64,000 nt of DNA, taken from NCBI GenBank assembly GCA_965207595.1, contig CBDBMW010000012.1:1313998-1377997 (forward strand). Direction: 5' to 3'. Below are positions 43,454-54,978 of the stretch, piece after piece. The notes under the pieces are model-generated. The model was given only the letters and a program-made list of their open reading frames with translations. It was not told the origin of the DNA and ran no database searches. Every line of letters begins with the position of its first letter. Positions within the stretch are counted from its first letter, which is position 1. Origin of the DNA: Vicinamibacterales bacterium. GTDB taxonomy: Bacteria > Acidobacteriota > Vicinamibacteria > Vicinamibacterales > UBA8438. Position numbers and translations under genes: made by a program.

Positions 43454-43902
43454 CACCTCCGCTTCCTGCCAAGAGCTGACCGGGCCGGAAGGGTCTGGTG
43501 GCGGGAGCCCGCCCCTCGACCCCGGACGGAGAGATGCGGCGCGGCGTCGCGCCGGTCCGAACGCGCCGCCGAGGCGGCCGTCACCGGGCCGCTCGCCAAC
43601 GTGGACCTGAGTGCCGGGCACTTGGTCGACGGCGTCGACGAGGCGTTCGCCGAAGTGGCCACCGGCGGGCAAGGGACTGGGCCGCCCTTGCGAGATCGAC
43701 GATCCGCGATCGGTGGCGCCGGAGAGCCGACGCAACGATCCTCGTCCGCGAACGGGACTCCCGTACCGGGCGGACGCTGCAACCGGGCTCGGCCGACCCG
43801 GCCGAGGTCCAGACGTTCATCGGCAAGATCGTGATCGGATCGGCAACCGGACGGCGCTAGAGGGACCCGCGCTGGCCGTCAGCGCGGCTCCTAGTCCGCA
43901 CC

Positions 43903-44127
43903 GTGCGGGCATCTCGCGGCACAGGCCCATGCGCCGTTCACGTCATGAAGAGCGCCGACGACGAGACCGAGGACCCTACGAGCCGCCGAAGCGAAAGGGC
44001 GCCGACCACGCTGCGGCCACCAAGCGCGCGATCAAGGCCGGCAAGGCCCGCGCCGCCAGCCAGCCCCCCGAGCAACGCCGCGACCAAGCGCGCAACGCTG
44101 CTAACTGCCCGCTGGCGCAATAGCTGA
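43903..44127 (+). pseudogene. Frameshifted paralogue of the 40104-40334 small basic protein
   Basis: GTGPCAVHVMK, PYEPP...KAGKARAASQPPEQRRDQARNAA and ARWRNS spread over two frames. Confidence 0.65.
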
Positions 44128-44672
44128 GGCGCTGGCCGAGGGGATCCGCGAGCACGGATCACCATTCGCGTGGATGACGTGGTTCGGGCTGAAGACGGCT
44201 CGGTGCGCGGCGACGACGTTCTGAACCGTCGCGAACGCTTCGAGCTCGTCCCGGCAGATTGGGCACGCCTGGACGAGGCGCTCATCGGGATGGCCCTCGG
44301 CATCGAGGAGACGTTCTGGCCGCTGGAGCGGCTGCTACCTTAGATGTTGGAGGCCTATGTTACGGTAAAGGGGTTGACACGGAGGTGTACAATCGTCGCC
44401 TTCAGGCGGCGGGGGGGGGTTGTCAGCCCTCCAAGGCCTGTGGGCCGAGAAACGGCGGCCACCAAGGAGGGGACAACCATGACACTCACTGAATCCAGGT
44501 TCGTCCACGCGTCACCTGCATTCTACCTCCAGGCGCCGCGAGACGTTGCGCGCCGCCGCTGATCCGGCGTTGCTCGCCGCCCTGCCACCTTACGGGCCCC
44601 AATCCCGGGGGGCTGCCCCCCTGCTCGGTGTTCTCCCTAGCACCAGAGCCCCGAATCGAAGAAGGAGAGAGC

Positions 44673-44879
44673 ATGCGCAACCTCATCGTCGCCACGCGGT
44701 CAGCGTTTCGGCGCAGCCTGACTGTCGATCCCCAAGGCATCGAACAGTTGCGCCGGCAGCGGCGGCGCAGAAGCGTCCGGCGAAACGCAGTCGGCAACGT
44801 GCGGATCCAGCTCGGCAAGTACTGCACCGCGCAGGACGTCGAGGAGCGCTTCCAGCGTTTCACGAGGATCGCGCTCTGA
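44673..44879 (+). CDS. Small basic hypothetical protein (68 aa)
   Basis: AAGGAG RBS, ...GNVRIQLGKYCTAQDVEERF..., TGATG overlap with the next gene. Confidence 0.75.
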   Translation: MRNLIVATRSAFRRSLTVDPQGIEQLRRQRRRRSVRRNAVGNVRIQLGKYCTAQDVEERFQRFTRIAL

Positions 44880-45514
44880 TGGTATCTCCGGGCGTAGAAG
44901 CCGGCAGCGGATCCACGGGCCCTGCCGATGCGTTCATCGCGGATCTCCGGACGCTTCATGATCTGTACGATGAGGCAGATCGCTCGGTGCGGGCCGTTAC
45001 CGAGTTCGCGGATGAAGTCATGATTCCGCCGGTCAACGAGTTGCGCTACGCCGGGCATCACGCCCTGCAAGCTGCAGCCGCAACCAGTGCGGAAAAACGG
45101 GTCGAGCACATCCGGAAGGCGCATGGCCATTGTGAACGGGCCCTCTATGACGCCGCCGAGATTGGGATCATGGAGGCCGTGCAGGTCATCGGCGAATTCC
45201 GTTCGGCGTTCCCGACCCTTCAGATTTCTGCGGTCATTCGCGAGTACCCCGAGATCCTAGCGGCGGCGCGCGACGCACAGCAGATGGTCATCGATGGACG
45301 GTCGAAGCGGGACTCCGCCCGAGCGCAGGCGAAGCAGTACATGGGAGCATTCGAGACACTCCGCGAGGGGGTCACACGCCTCGAGATGGGACGCGACGAT
45401 CTCAATGCGATGGACCTATCCCAGCGACAGGACCACCAGCGCTTCCTCATCAGGACCGCGCTCGCCATCGTCTCGCTCGTCGTCGCCATCATCTTCGGAC
45501 TGCTAGCGGTCTGA
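44879..45514 (+). CDS. Helical protein with NELRYAGHH (RxxxxH) motif and C-terminal TM helix
   Basis: PPVNELRYAGHHAL...HCERALYDAAE...ALAIVSLVVAIIFGLLAV, lower GC. Confidence 0.8.
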   Translation: MVSPGVEAGSGSTGPADAFIADLRTLHDLYDEADRSVRAVTEFADEVMIPPVNELRYAGHHALQAAAATSAEKRVEHIRKAHGHCERALYDAAEIGIMEAVQVIGEFRSAFPTLQISAVIREYPEILAAARDAQQMVIDGRSKRDSARAQAKQYMGAFETLREGVTRLEMGRDDLNAMDLSQRQDHQRFLIRTALAIVSLVVAIIFGLLAV

Positions 45515-45525
45515 CTGTCCAACCT

Positions 45526-45559
45526 CCCCGCCCCCGGCCGAGCCTGGTCGGGGGCGGGG
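45526..45559 (+). terminator. GC-rich hairpin after the RxxxxH gene
   Basis: ccccgcccccggcc / ggtcgggggcgggg stem; no U-tract. Confidence 0.4.
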
Positions 45560-45824
45560 CCCGCTCCTGGCGGCGAGCCGGACCGCTTAGAATCGCCCCG
45601 CCACCCACTGGGCGAGTCCAAGATAGACGCCGATTCGCTGTGCGGCAGGCGTTTGGTCCCACGGAACGGATCACCGAAGAACACTTACGGGCGCGAAAGA
45701 CCGGCGGACCGGCGGCGCGAAGGACATCCGTAGGATTCCCGCTCTTAATTGGGGGCAGAAAGCGTCGCACGCCGCTTCTCCTGCTGACTAAGTTCTTATT
45801 CTTCTGCCACTTACTGAATCTTGG

Positions 45825-45914
45825 TGGCGGAGGGACAGGGATTCGAACCCTGGAGCGGGTTTCCCCGCCAACGGTTTTCAAGACCGCCGCCTTCAACCAC
45901 TCGGCCATCCCTCC
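45825..45914 (-). tRNA. tRNA-Ser(TGA)
   Basis: GGAGGGATGGCCGAGTGGTTGAAGGCGGCGGTC-TTGAAA-ACCGTTGGCGGGGAAACCCGCTCCAGGGTTCGAATCCCTGTCCCTCCGCCA; long variable arm, G73, encoded CCA. Confidence 0.96.
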
Positions 45915-46018
45915 GATTCCGTTCCGGTTCCGCCGGCTACCGCCGACCGCCCGCGACGCCCGCCTGCCGTCGCGCCCGCGGATCGGACCCGGCGCCCCGC
46001 CGCGGCGCCCGTCGCACT

Positions 46019-47356
46019 TCACGCCTGCGGCTCGATCACCTCCAGCCCGCGCATGTAGGGGCGCAGGGCCTTCGGGATGACGACGGAACCGTCGCGCTGC
46101 TGCCCGTTCTCGAGGATCGCGATGAGCGCGCGGCCGACCGCGACGCCCGAGCCGTTCAGCGTGTGCACGAACTCCGGCTTGCCCTTGCCCGCCTCGCGCC
46201 GGAAGCGGATGCGGGCGCGGCGGGCCTGGAAGGCCTCCGTGTTGCTGCACGAGGAGATCTCGCGGTAGGCCTGCTGGCCGGGCAGCCACACCTCGATATC
46301 GTAGGTCTTGGCCGCCGCGAAGCCCATGTCGCCGGTGCAGAGCGTCACCGTGCGGTAGGGGAGCGCCAGGCGCCGGAGCACGGTCTCCGCGTGGCCGGTC
46401 AGCTCCTCCAGCACGTCGTAGGACTGCTCGGGCGCGGCGTAGGCCACCAGCTCCACCTTGTCGAACTGGTGCTGGCGGATGAGGCCGCGGACGTCCTTGC
46501 CGTGCGATCCGGCCTCGCTGCGGAAGCAGGGCGTGTAGGCGGCATAGCGGATCGGGAGCGCGGCGCCGTCCACGATCTCCTCGCGGTGGAGGTTGCAGAG
46601 CGGGACCTCGGCCGTCGGGATGAGATAGAGGTCCCAGTCGCCCGCCACCTTGAAGAGGTCCGCCTCGAACTTCGGCAGGTTGCCGGTGCCGACGAGCGCG
46701 TCCGAGCGCACCAGGAACGGCGGCTCGATCTCCGTGTAGCCGTGCTCCGTCGTGTGCAGGTCGAGCATGAAGTCGATGAGGGCGCGGCTGAGGCGGGCCC
46801 CCGCCCCGGCGAGCACCGCGAAGCGCGCGCCGGCAATCTTGCTGGCCCGCTCGAAGTCCAGGATGCCCAGCGCCGGCCCGATGTCCCAGTGGGCGCGCGG
46901 CTCGAAGTCGAACGCGGGCGGCTCGCCGTGGCGGCGCACCTCGGGGTTGTCGGCGTCGGAGCTGCCGACGGGCACGCTCGCGTGCGGGAGGTTCGGCAGC
47001 GTGAGGGCCAGCCGGTCGCGCTCGGCCTCCACTTCCGCGAGCCTGGCCTCGTGCTCCTTGATGCGCGCGCCGTGGGCCTGGCCCTCGGCCATCAGCGCCG
47101 CCACTTCCTCCCCGCCGGTCCCGCCGCCGTTGCCGCCGCCCCCGCGGCCGCCGCCGCCGGCCTTGCGGGCGCGGGCGATGCGCTCGCCGACCTCCTTCCG
47201 CGCCCGGCGCGTTCGCTCCAGCACCGGGAGGAGCGAGCGCCGCTCGGTGTCGAGGCGGACCAGGTCCGTGAGGGCGTCGGCCGTCCCCGGGCCGCGCGTC
47301 TCGAGGCCGGCGCGGACGTCGTCGAGGCGTTCGCGAAGCAGCGTGGGATCAAGCAT
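46019..47356 (-). CDS. serS: Seryl-tRNA synthetase
   Basis: [56 protein letters not shown]. Confidence 0.97.
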   Translation of the reverse strand: MLDPTLLRERLDDVRAGLETRGPGTADALTDLVRLDTERRSLLPVLERTRRARKEVGERIARARKAGGGGRGGGGNGGGTGGEEVAALMAEGQAHGARIKEHEARLAEVEAERDRLALTLPNLPHASVPVGSSDADNPEVRRHGEPPAFDFEPRAHWDIGPALGILDFERASKIAGARFAVLAGAGARLSRALIDFMLDLHTTEHGYTEIEPPFLVRSDALVGTGNLPKFEADLFKVAGDWDLYLIPTAEVPLCNLHREEIVDGAALPIRYAAYTPCFRSEAGSHGKDVRGLIRQHQFDKVELVAYAAPEQSYDVLEELTGHAETVLRRLALPYRTVTLCTGDMGFAAAKTYDIEVWLPGQQAYREISSCSNTEAFQARRARIRFRREAGKGKPEFVHTLNGSGVAVGRALIAILENGQQRDGSVVIPKALRPYMRGLEVIEPQA

Positions 47357-47387
47357 CGGTGACCTGAATGATACGATTGCCCGCCGT

Positions 47388-48275
47388 ATGCCGCCGAACG
47401 GCGATGTTCTGACGGCCGTCATCCCGGCCGCGGGCCTCGGCACCCGGATGCTCCCGGCCACGAAGTCGATTCCCAAGGAGCTCCTGCCCCTCGTCGACCG
47501 CCCCATCGTGCAGTACGGGGTGGAGGAGGCCGTGCGTTCGGGCGTCCGCCGCGTCGCGCTCGTCACCAACCCCGGCAACACGCTGAGCGCGTCGCACTTC
47601 GCTCCGCACCCGGCCCTCGAGCGCGCCCTCGGCGAGAGCGGGCGCACCGAGGCGCTGGCCGCCATGCGCGCGCTCGCCGCGATGGCCGAGGTGACGACCG
47701 TCCACCAGGAGGCGCCCCTCGGGCTCGGGCACGCCGTGCTCTGCGGCCGGCCCGCCGTGGGCGACGCGCCGTTCGCGGTCATGCTGCCCGACGACGTCAT
47801 CGACGCCGACCCTCCGGCGCTCGGGCGGATGATCGACGTCTTCACCGCGGTCGGAGGTCCGGTGGTGCTGGTCGAGCGGGTTCCGCATTCCGTCGTCCAT
47901 CGCTACGGGATCATCGCCGCCGAGCCGCTGGGCGGCGGCGTTCATCGCGTCACCGACCTCGTCGAGAAGCCGGCCCCCGACGAGGCGCCATCCGATCTCG
48001 CCATCGTCGGCCGCTACGTCCTGACCCCCGACACGTTCGCCGCCCTCGAAGCGACCGGCGCCGGCGCCGGGGGGGAGATTCAGCTCACCGACGGCCTGCG
48101 GCGGCTGCTGCGGCAGCGTCCCGTCTACGCCTGGGAGCTCGAGGGGAAGCGCCTCGACGCCGGCACGCCGGCCGGCTACCTGGAAGCGACGATCCACTTC
48201 GCGCTGAAGCGCCCGGACCTCGCCCCCGTGATCGAGGGAGCGCTGGGCGCCGCGCGGGGCGTCGCCGGCCGCTGA
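47388..48275 (+). CDS. galU: UTP-glucose-1-phosphate uridylyltransferase
   Basis: [44 protein letters not shown]. Confidence 0.95.
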   Translation: MPPNGDVLTAVIPAAGLGTRMLPATKSIPKELLPLVDRPIVQYGVEEAVRSGVRRVALVTNPGNTLSASHFAPHPALERALGESGRTEALAAMRALAAMAEVTTVHQEAPLGLGHAVLCGRPAVGDAPFAVMLPDDVIDADPPALGRMIDVFTAVGGPVVLVERVPHSVVHRYGIIAAEPLGGGVHRVTDLVEKPAPDEAPSDLAIVGRYVLTPDTFAALEATGAGAGGEIQLTDGLRRLLRQRPVYAWELEGKRLDAGTPAGYLEATIHFALKRPDLAPVIEGALGAARGVAGR

Positions 48276-48278
48276 CGG

Positions 48279-48701
48279 TTAGCCGGGGGCCGACGACGAG
48301 GCTGACGACGAACCCGAGCCGCCCGGCTTCGCGCCGCTGCCCGAGCCGGACGACGCGCTCGCCCCGGAGGGCTTGCCGTCCGAGCCGGACGACGTGCCGT
48401 CGCCGGACTTGCCGTCCCTGGCCGACTTGCTCTCGCCGGACGCCTTCGCGTCCGACCCGTTCGCCGACCTGGCGTCCCTGCCGGCCTCCGGGCCGCCCTC
48501 GGAGGGCTTCCCGTCGCCCGACTTGCGCGCGTAGTCGGTGACGTACCAGCCCGTGCCCTTGAACTGGATGGCCGGCGGCGAGAGCAGCTTGCGGATGGGG
48601 CCGCCGCACTCCGGGCACGTCGTGAGCGGCGGGTCCGAGAACTTGCGGATGCGCTCGAAGCGGTGCCCGCAGTCGTCGCACTCGTACTCGTAGAGCGGCA
48701 T
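48279..48701 (-). CDS. FmdB family zinc-ribbon protein
   Basis: MPLYEYECDDCG...CPECGG...FKGTGWYVTDY with a Ser/Gly-rich tail. Confidence 0.92.
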   Translation of the reverse strand: MPLYEYECDDCGHRFERIRKFSDPPLTTCPECGGPIRKLLSPPAIQFKGTGWYVTDYARKSGDGKPSEGGPEAGRDARSANGSDAKASGESKSARDGKSGDGTSSGSDGKPSGASASSGSGSGAKPGGSGSSSASSSAPG

Positions 48702-48880
48702 TCTTCCCTCGCCTCGCTCGCGCCCCGGTGATTGCGGCCGTCCCGCGTCGCGGTCCGTCCGGACGCGCCCCCGGATCGGGCTCCCCCGCGCGCAGTCCCA
48801 ACCGCCTATCGTACCGGCCGGGGCCTGCGCCGTCAACGGCAGGGGCGCCGTCGCAGGACCGGCCGCGGCGGGCGGGGCAC

Positions 48881-50557
48881 CTATTCCAGCAGGGCGCCGT
48901 CGCCGACCAGGAGGGCGCGGTGCATCCAGAAGGGGAGGGCGCCCTGGCCCAGCAGGCGGTCGTGGAAGCGGCGCAGCTCGAAGCCGTCGCCCTCGGCCGC
49001 CTCGCAGTCGGCGCGGAGCTTCAGCAGCATCTGCTTGCCCAGGGAGTAGAGGACGTAGCCGGGGTCGAAGGTGCCGCGCTCGGCCTCCTGGCGCGCGCTG
49101 CCCTCCTCCAGGTAGGCCTCGTCGCGGAAGAAGCGCACGCCCTGCTCCACGGAGAGGTCCTCCGTGTGCAGGCGGATGCCGACGATGGTGCGGGCGAGGC
49201 GGATGAGCGCCTCGGCGAGCTGGCCCAGGCGGATCTCGGTGTCCTTGCGCTGGAACCCCTGCTCGATCGTCACGTGCTCGGCGTAGTGGGCCCAGCCCTC
49301 GACGAACGACGTCGGGGCGAACAGCACCGACTTCCGGAGCGGCGACGCCACCCCGCGCAGGTGCTCGAACTGCAGGAAGTGCCCCGGATAGACCTCGTGC
49401 ATCGACATCGACCAGAGCGTGGCGAAGCTGAAGTCGCGCAGGTGCTCCTCCTGCCGCTCGGCCGGCCACGACGGGTCGACGTTCGTGACGTAGTAGCGCG
49501 CCGGCATCCGCGTGGTCTCGAACGGCCCCGCCGTCCAGAGGCTGGCGAACGTCCAGCGGTAGAAGTCCGGGGTCGGCCCGACCCGGACGCCGGCATGCTC
49601 CGGCAGCGTGACCAGGCGCTTGCGGCGGAGGAAGGCCAGCAGATCCTGCACCTGCCCCTCGACGGTCGGGATGAGCTCGGCGGGGGAGGGGTGCTTCTCC
49701 TTGATCTTCCGCCACGCGGCGGCCGCATCGCCCGACCGCTCGCCCGCCAGTCGCCGGAACTCCTCCTGCGTCGCCCGGAGCTCCCGGAGCGCGATCTGCG
49801 TCAGGCGCTCGGCCGGCAGGTCGATCCCCTCGTCGAGGCGCAGCTTCTCCGCGAAGCGCTCCGGCCCGAGCCGGAAGGATGCCCGGCTGCGCGGGGCCAG
49901 CTCGTCGCGTAGGTGGCCGATGTAGGACCGCAGAGCGTCGATGGCGTCGGTCGAGGCGTCGGCCAGGTCGCCCAGCAGGTGCATGTCCTCGAGGTCGCGG
50001 AAGGCGCGCGGCAGGTCGCGCTCGACGAACCGCAGCAGGCCCTCGAACGACTCGATGCCCACGCGGACGAAGAGGCCCGGGGGGTCCGTCACGTTCTGCC
50101 GCGCCGCCTCGAGCAGCCGCGGCGTCTGGCGCAGCTTCGACCCGATGCGCCGTGCCCGCTCCGTGATGTCGGCGTAGGGGAAGAGGACCTGCGAGGTCAG
50201 GCTGCCGGCCAGCGTGTCGGCGTAGGAGAGAGGGTTCCGCTCCCACTCGCGGGTCTGCTCGAGGGCGAAGAGCCGGCTGCGGATGCGGTCGGCGAGCATC
50301 CGCTGCTCGAGGCCCTCCTCGCGGGTCAGCCCCGACGGCTCGATGCCGTCGAGACGCCGCGCCCAGCCCCCGAGGTCGCGGATGCGCGCCTCGACCGCGG
50401 AGCGGCTGAAGTCCTCCAGCAGGTCGTCGTGCAGGTGAACGCCGTCGGCGGCCGCTTCCGTCGGGCAGGTCTCGTGGAGGTAGGCGAGGTACTCGTCAGC
50501 GAAGTGCGCGAGCGGCTCGGATATCTGCGACTGGTGTCTCGTTGTCGACCGGCGCAT
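48881..50557 (-). CDS. DUF885 family protein
   Basis: HEVYPGHFLQ, FVEGWAHYAE, YSLGK...LR...FHDRLL. Confidence 0.9.
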   Translation of the reverse strand: MRRSTTRHQSQISEPLAHFADEYLAYLHETCPTEAAADGVHLHDDLLEDFSRSAVEARIRDLGGWARRLDGIEPSGLTREEGLEQRMLADRIRSRLFALEQTREWERNPLSYADTLAGSLTSQVLFPYADITERARRIGSKLRQTPRLLEAARQNVTDPPGLFVRVGIESFEGLLRFVERDLPRAFRDLEDMHLLGDLADASTDAIDALRSYIGHLRDELAPRSRASFRLGPERFAEKLRLDEGIDLPAERLTQIALRELRATQEEFRRLAGERSGDAAAAWRKIKEKHPSPAELIPTVEGQVQDLLAFLRRKRLVTLPEHAGVRVGPTPDFYRWTFASLWTAGPFETTRMPARYYVTNVDPSWPAERQEEHLRDFSFATLWSMSMHEVYPGHFLQFEHLRGVASPLRKSVLFAPTSFVEGWAHYAEHVTIEQGFQRKDTEIRLGQLAEALIRLARTIVGIRLHTEDLSVEQGVRFFRDEAYLEEGSARQEAERGTFDPGYVLYSLGKQMLLKLRADCEAAEGDGFELRRFHDRLLGQGALPFWMHRALLVGDGALLE

Positions 50558-50646
50558 GGTGGAGTCTCATCGACGACCACAACCGGGTTCCTCCCGCGAA
50601 GGAACCCCAACCACTTGATAGTACAATAGCCGCCGTCTCCCGGCCC

Positions 50647-51683
50647 GTGCTGCTCAACCCCGGCACTCTCTACGTCGTTGCGACGCCCATCGGCAACCTG
50701 GAGGACGTGACCTACCGGGCGGTCCGCGTGCTGGGGAGCGTCGATCTCATCGCGGCGGAGGACACCCGCCACGCGGCGAAGCTGCTCGCCCGCTACGAGG
50801 TGACCACGCCCCGCACGAGCCTCCACGAGCACAACGAGGCCGAGAAGACCGGCCGCCTGCTGGCGCGGCTGGCGCGCGGCGAGACGGTCGCCCTCGTCAG
50901 CGACGCCGGAACGCCGCTCGTCTCCGACCCCGGAGCGCGCCTGGTGCGCGCGGCGTGCGAGCGCGGCCTGCGGGTGGAGGCCGTCCCGGGGCCGAGCGCG
51001 GTCCTGGCCGCGCTGGTGAGCTCCGGCCTCGCCGGCGGCTCGTTCACGTTCGGCGGCTTCCCCCCCTTCCGCTCGTCCGCCCGGACGCGCTGGTTCGCGG
51101 GGCTGGCGCGCGAGGCGCGGCCGTTCGTCTTCTTCGAGGCGCCGCACCGCATCGACGCGTCGCTCCGCGACCTCGAGGCCGCGGCGGGCGACCGCGCCAT
51201 CGCCGTCTGCCGCGAGCTGACGAAGCGGCACGAGGAGCTGGTGGCCGGCCCGGTCAGCGACGTGCGCGCGCGCCTTTCGAAGCCGCGGGGGGAGTTCACG
51301 GTGGTCGTCGAGGCAGCTCCGGAGGTCGAGCGGGAGCGGGCGGCGACGCCGGAGCGGGCCGCGGCGACGGCGGCAGCCGGCGAGCCCGCTGCTGCCGCAC
51401 TCACCGACGAGGTCGGCCGGCTGCTCCGGCAGGGCGTCACCCGGACCGCCGCGGTCCGCGCCGTCGCGTCGCGGTTCGGCGTCCCGCGGCGCGAGGTCTA
51501 CCAGGCCGGGCTGCGCGCCGAGCCGCAGAGCGGCGACCAGGCAAAGCCGCAGGGCGGCGACCAGGCCGAGCCGCAGAGCGGCGACCACGCAAAGCCGCAG
51601 AGCGGCGGCGGAACCGCGTCGCCGGACGGCGATTCGGGCGCTGCCGCGACGCGGCGATTGACGGACGCCCGCCGAGGTGGCGA

Positions 51684-51687
<4 letters not shown>
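50647..51687 (+). CDS. rsmI: 16S rRNA C1402 2'-O-methyltransferase
   Basis: LYVVATPIGNLED, AAEDTR, VSDAGTPLVSDPG, FEAPHR, RELTKRHEE, PRGEF. Confidence 0.95.
51520..51609 (+). repeat. Intragenic 24-bp repeat (about 4 units) encoding (E/K)PQSGDQA
   Basis: Read directly in the rsmI 3' end. Confidence 0.9.
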
Positions 51688-53093
<1,406 letters not shown>

Positions 53094-53107
53094 GGAAGGC
53101 GAACGCC

Positions 53108-54964
53108 ATGTGCGGAATCATCGGCTACCTGGGCGCCAAGCCGGCCGTGCCCGTGCTCATCGACGGGCTGCGGCGCCTGGAGTACCGCGGCTACGACTCG
53201 GCCGGCATCGCCCTCGTCCGCGCCGGCGAGATCGAGGTGCGGCGCAGCGCCGGCAAGCTCGACCTGCTGGAGGAGGTCATCCGCGCCGAGCCGGTCGACG
53301 GCGAGTACGGCGTCGGCCACACGCGGTGGGCCACCCACGGCCGGCCCACGGAGGAGAACGCCCACCCGCACCGCGACTGCACGGGCCGGCTGGTCGTGGT
53401 CCACAACGGCATCATCGAGAACTACCTGGAGCTGAAGCAGCGCCTGCAGCGCGCCGGCCACCGCTTCCAGACCGAGACCGACACGGAGGTCATCGCGCAC
53501 CTCGTGGAGGAGGAGTTCCGGCCCGCAGACGACGGGGGCGGGCTCGAGGGCGCCGTGCGGCGGGTTCTGGCCGACCTCCGGGGCCTGTTCGGGATGGTCC
53601 TCGTCCACGCGGCGGACCCCGGCAAGGTGGTCGCGGTGCGCAACGGCCCGCCGCTCGTCGTGGGGGTCGGTGAGCGCGAGTTCCTGGTGGCCTCCGACGT
53701 GCCGGCCATCCTCAGCCACACCCGCGACGTCGTCTTCCTCGGCGACGAGGAGATGGCCGTCATCACCCGCGGCGGGGTCGCGTTCACGGACTTCGGCGGA
53801 CGCGCCGTCTCCAAGGCCACGCAGCGCATCCTCTGGGATCCGGTGATGGCCGAGAAGGACGGCTACAAGCACTTCATGCTGAAGGAGATCTTCGAGCAGC
53901 CGCGCGCGCTGCAGGAGACGGTCATCGGCCGCGTCTCCGCCGAGCGGGCCGGCGTCTACCTGGGCGAGCTGGAGATTCCGGACGCGGAGCTGCGCGCCAT
54001 CGACCAGGTGCTGGTCCTGGCCTGCGGCACGTCGTGGCACGCCGGCCTCGTCGGCAAGTTCCTCATCGAGTCGCTGGCCCGCGTTCGCGTCGACGTCGAC
54101 TACGCCTCCGAGTTCCGCCACCGCGACCCGCTGGTCGGCGAGCGCACCCTCGCCGTGGCCATCACGCAGTCGGGCGAGACCGCCGACACGCTGGCCGCGC
54201 TGCGCGAGGCGCGGGCCCGGAACGCGCGCACGGTCGCCATCTGCAACGTCGTCGGCAGCATGGCCACGCGCGAGGCCGAGGGCACCGTCTACACGCACGC
54301 GGGGCCCGAGATCGGGGTGGCCTCGACCAAGGCGTTCACGTCGCAGCTCGTCGCCCTCAACCTGCTGGCCCTCAGGCTCGGGCAGGCGCGCGGCACGCTG
54401 GCGGAAGACGAGGCGCGCCGCCTCATCGAGGCGCTCACGCAGCTCCCGGTCCTGGTCGAGCACGTGCTCAGGACCGATCCGCTCGTGCGGCGCATCGCCA
54501 GGCGCTTCTACCGGGCCGCGAACTTCCTCTATCTCGGGCGCGGCAGCCACTACCCGATCGCGCTCGAGGGGGCGCTCAAGCTGAAGGAGATCTCCTACAT
54601 CCACGCCGAGGGCTACCCGGCCGGGGAGATGAAGCACGGGCCCATCGCCCTCATCGACGAGAACATGCCGGTCGTGGCCGTCATGCCGCGCGACGGGGTG
54701 TTCGCCAAGATGCGCTCGAACCTGCAGGAGGCCAAGGTGCGGGGGGCGTCGATGATCGTCCTCACCGACGCCGCCCCGGAGGAGCTCGACGAGCTGATCG
54801 AGCCCGGGCACGATTTCGTGGTCCCGGTGCCGCCGGCCCACCCCGCCGTGATGCCCATCCTGATGGGCGTCCCGCTGCAGCTCCTGGCCTACCACATCGG
54901 CGTGCTGCGCGGCTGCGACGTCGACCAGCCCCGCAACCTCGCCAAGAGCGTCACCGTCGAATAG
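53108..54964 (+). CDS. glmS: Glutamine-fructose-6-phosphate aminotransferase
   Basis: MCGIIG, GHTRWATHG, QSGETADT, PRNLAKSVTVE. Confidence 0.98.
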   Translation: MCGIIGYLGAKPAVPVLIDGLRRLEYRGYDSAGIALVRAGEIEVRRSAGKLDLLEEVIRAEPVDGEYGVGHTRWATHGRPTEENAHPHRDCTGRLVVVHNGIIENYLELKQRLQRAGHRFQTETDTEVIAHLVEEEFRPADDGGGLEGAVRRVLADLRGLFGMVLVHAADPGKVVAVRNGPPLVVGVGEREFLVASDVPAILSHTRDVVFLGDEEMAVITRGGVAFTDFGGRAVSKATQRILWDPVMAEKDGYKHFMLKEIFEQPRALQETVIGRVSAERAGVYLGELEIPDAELRAIDQVLVLACGTSWHAGLVGKFLIESLARVRVDVDYASEFRHRDPLVGERTLAVAITQSGETADTLAALREARARNARTVAICNVVGSMATREAEGTVYTHAGPEIGVASTKAFTSQLVALNLLALRLGQARGTLAEDEARRLIEALTQLPVLVEHVLRTDPLVRRIARRFYRAANFLYLGRGSHYPIALEGALKLKEISYIHAEGYPAGEMKHGPIALIDENMPVVAVMPRDGVFAKMRSNLQEAKVRGASMIVLTDAAPEELDELIEPGHDFVVPVPPAHPAVMPILMGVPLQLLAYHIGVLRGCDVDQPRNLAKSVTVE

Positions 54965-54978
54965 GCGCCGGGCAGGCG

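Larger units (their letters stand above)
33880..45838. mobile_element. Integrative element (P4/PICI-like satellite or IME-like island) at the tRNA-Ser 3' end
   Basis: 14-bp direct repeat tggcggagggacag at both ends; integrase, AlpA, primase-helicase and IHF inside; GC visibly lower in parts. Confidence 0.85.

Noticed and set aside
43496-43504. tggtggcgg resembling the tRNA-Ser 3' end (possible nested att)
   Set aside because: Only 9 bp in GC-rich DNA, and no second integrase is present.
43460-43860. Possible recombinase C-terminal remnant (...TFIGKIVIG...)
   Set aside because: Too short and fragmented to support a call.
44374-44393. TTGACA...TACAAT promoter-like pair
   Set aside because: The spacer is only 8 nt, incompatible with a sigma70 promoter as a pair.
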